A DNA stretch of 27,003 nucleotides from a virus. Its lineage: Duplodnaviria; Caudoviricetes. Below the pieces are notes generated by a model, which was not told the DNA's origin, ran no database searches, and was given only the letters and a program-made list of their open reading frames with translations. Positions 26,270-27,003 of the stretch are shown here, one piece after another (positions within the stretch are counted from its first letter, which is position 1; each line of letters begins with the position of its first letter). The DNA lies in the IMG/VR virus record IMGVR_UViG_3300016471_000484, positions 1-27,003 of that record. One strand, given 5' to 3'. A program made the position numbers and the translations under genes.

Positions 26270-26639
26270 CCGTGGTGGGTTCGGTCAACTCAAGCACAAA
26301 AGGCCCCGTGTTCGGTGCCGTGGTCTGCTGCTGAGGCTTGCCATACAAATACGCCAAAGCCAACTCCATCGCCCGCATATTGCCACGAATCGCCTCCGTC
26401 ACCAATCGGGCAATCAACGCATCCATTCGCCTCACCCCGCCAATCGTCCTGTCCAAGTCGGCATCAAGCAAATCCCGAATATCTCGCCTCGTGACCGCTT
26501 TAGGCTTCATAGAACGAGAGTTTAAGAGAACAGGTATGTCTGCCTTCACCTCAACATTCAAAACGCTTTCAGGGGCATTAGAAGCCTCCTCCTCCACAAC
26601 CTCAACCTTCTTCTTCTTTACAAACTCATGTATCGCCAT
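26235..26639 (-). CDS. terS: Terminase small subunit (putative)
   Basis: 134 aa overlapping the terL start; A..GNMRAMELALAYLYGKPQQ helical motif typical of TerS-like proteins. Confidence 0.75.
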   Translation of the reverse strand: MAIHEFVKKKKVEVVEEEASNAPESVLNVEVKADIPVLLNSRSMKPKAVTRRDIRDLLDADLDRTIGGVRRMDALIARLVTEAIRGNMRAMELALAYLYGKPQQQTTAPNTGPFVLELTEPTTDETNGEAESGV

Positions 26640-26646
26640 GTATCCA

Positions 26647-26654
26647 CAAAATTA
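26647..26654 (-). promoter_or_regulatory. Bacteroidota -7 element TAATTTTG upstream of terS
   Basis: TAnnTTTG 7 nt before ATG, with a TTTG 22 nt upstream as a possible -33 element. Confidence 0.65.
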
Positions 26655-26698
26655 CCACAAGTCAAGTTTAATTCGCCAAAAAAAATGGGGGGTACCCC

Positions 26699-26730
26699 TT
26701 TTCCACAAACAACGTGTATTTTTCCACAAA
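26699..26730 (+). repeat. Two TTTTCCACAAA direct repeats, 21 bp apart (match DnaA-box consensus TTWTNCACA)
   Basis: Copies start at 26699 and 26720; degenerate copy GTATCCACA at 26640..26648. Confidence 0.6.
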
Positions 26731-26763
26731 GGTCGCAATTTGTTTTTTTGGTTTACTATATAT

Positions 26764-26836
26764 ATATAGATATCTATATACTATATAGACATCTATATTT
26801 AATATAGACATCTATATACCATATAGACATCTATAT
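26764..26836. repeat. Four tandem 16-bp (quasi-)palindromes ATATAGAYATCTATAT with exact 19-bp period
   Basis: Copies start at 26764, 26783, 26802 and 26821; 3-bp spacers ACT, TTA, ACC. Confidence 0.92.
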
Positions 26837-26910
26837 AGAATATAAACACTTATATATAAATCTTATGCTCATTTTTTTTTGAGTCGCATTTTAGACCACA
26901 AATGGTTACT

Positions 26911-26941
26911 AAAAACAGCATCAAAAACAGCGTCAAAAACA
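26911..26941. repeat. 12-bp tandem repeat AAAAACAGCRTC, about 2.5 copies
   Basis: Copies at 26911 and 26923, partial copy at 26935. Confidence 0.75.
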
Positions 26942-27003
26942 CACACCGTTTTAGTAATTGTGTCAAACTGTGTTAAGACGAAAGAAATAGTGGGGGTGGG
27001 GGA

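Larger units (their letters stand above)
1..27003 (-). mobile_element. Tailed bacteriophage (Caudoviricetes, siphovirus-like) packaging/structural module, probable Bacteroidota host
   Basis: Co-oriented, tightly packed terminase, portal, capsid, scaffold, tape measure and tail genes; Bacteroidota-type TAnnTTTG promoters; no host housekeeping genes and no integrase in the window. Confidence 0.95.

Noticed and set aside
26764-26836. CRISPR array
   Set aside because: Spacers are only 3 bp, repeats 16 bp, and no cas genes are present
1-27003. Stop-codon reassignment, tRNAs, introns or inteins
   Set aside because: Genes tile densely in the standard code using TAA, TAG and TGA stops; terL, portal and capsid are uninterrupted; no tRNA-like cloverleaf seen in the gaps

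Overview
The window is the complete virion-morphogenesis region of a tailed dsDNA phage (siphovirus-type, 1150-aa tape measure). The host is probably a Bacteroidota member: six TAnnTTTG promoter elements and SD-less, A-rich start regions point that way. All real genes lie on the minus strand. In transcription order: repeat-rich non-coding end, terS, terL, small Cys-rich protein, holin-like and CxxC membrane proteins, tail assembly chaperone with a -1 frameshift, tape measure, two tail-tip proteins, two tail-tube paralogs (one fused to a C-type-lectin-like DUF1566 domain), a five-gene glycosyltransferase/methyltransferase cassette with its own promoter, a 10-codon micro-ORF, portal with a DnaJ-type zinc-finger insert, head morphogenesis protein, scaffold, major capsid, head-tail proteins, and tandem spike/fibre paralogs running off the left edge. 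The most notable signals are a putative virion glycosylation cassette next to a lectin-decorated tail tube, modular spike paralogs sharing short identical DNA blocks, and an iteron-like palindrome array with DnaA-box matches upstream of terS. All functional calls come from motifs and gene context read by eye; no database searches were run.
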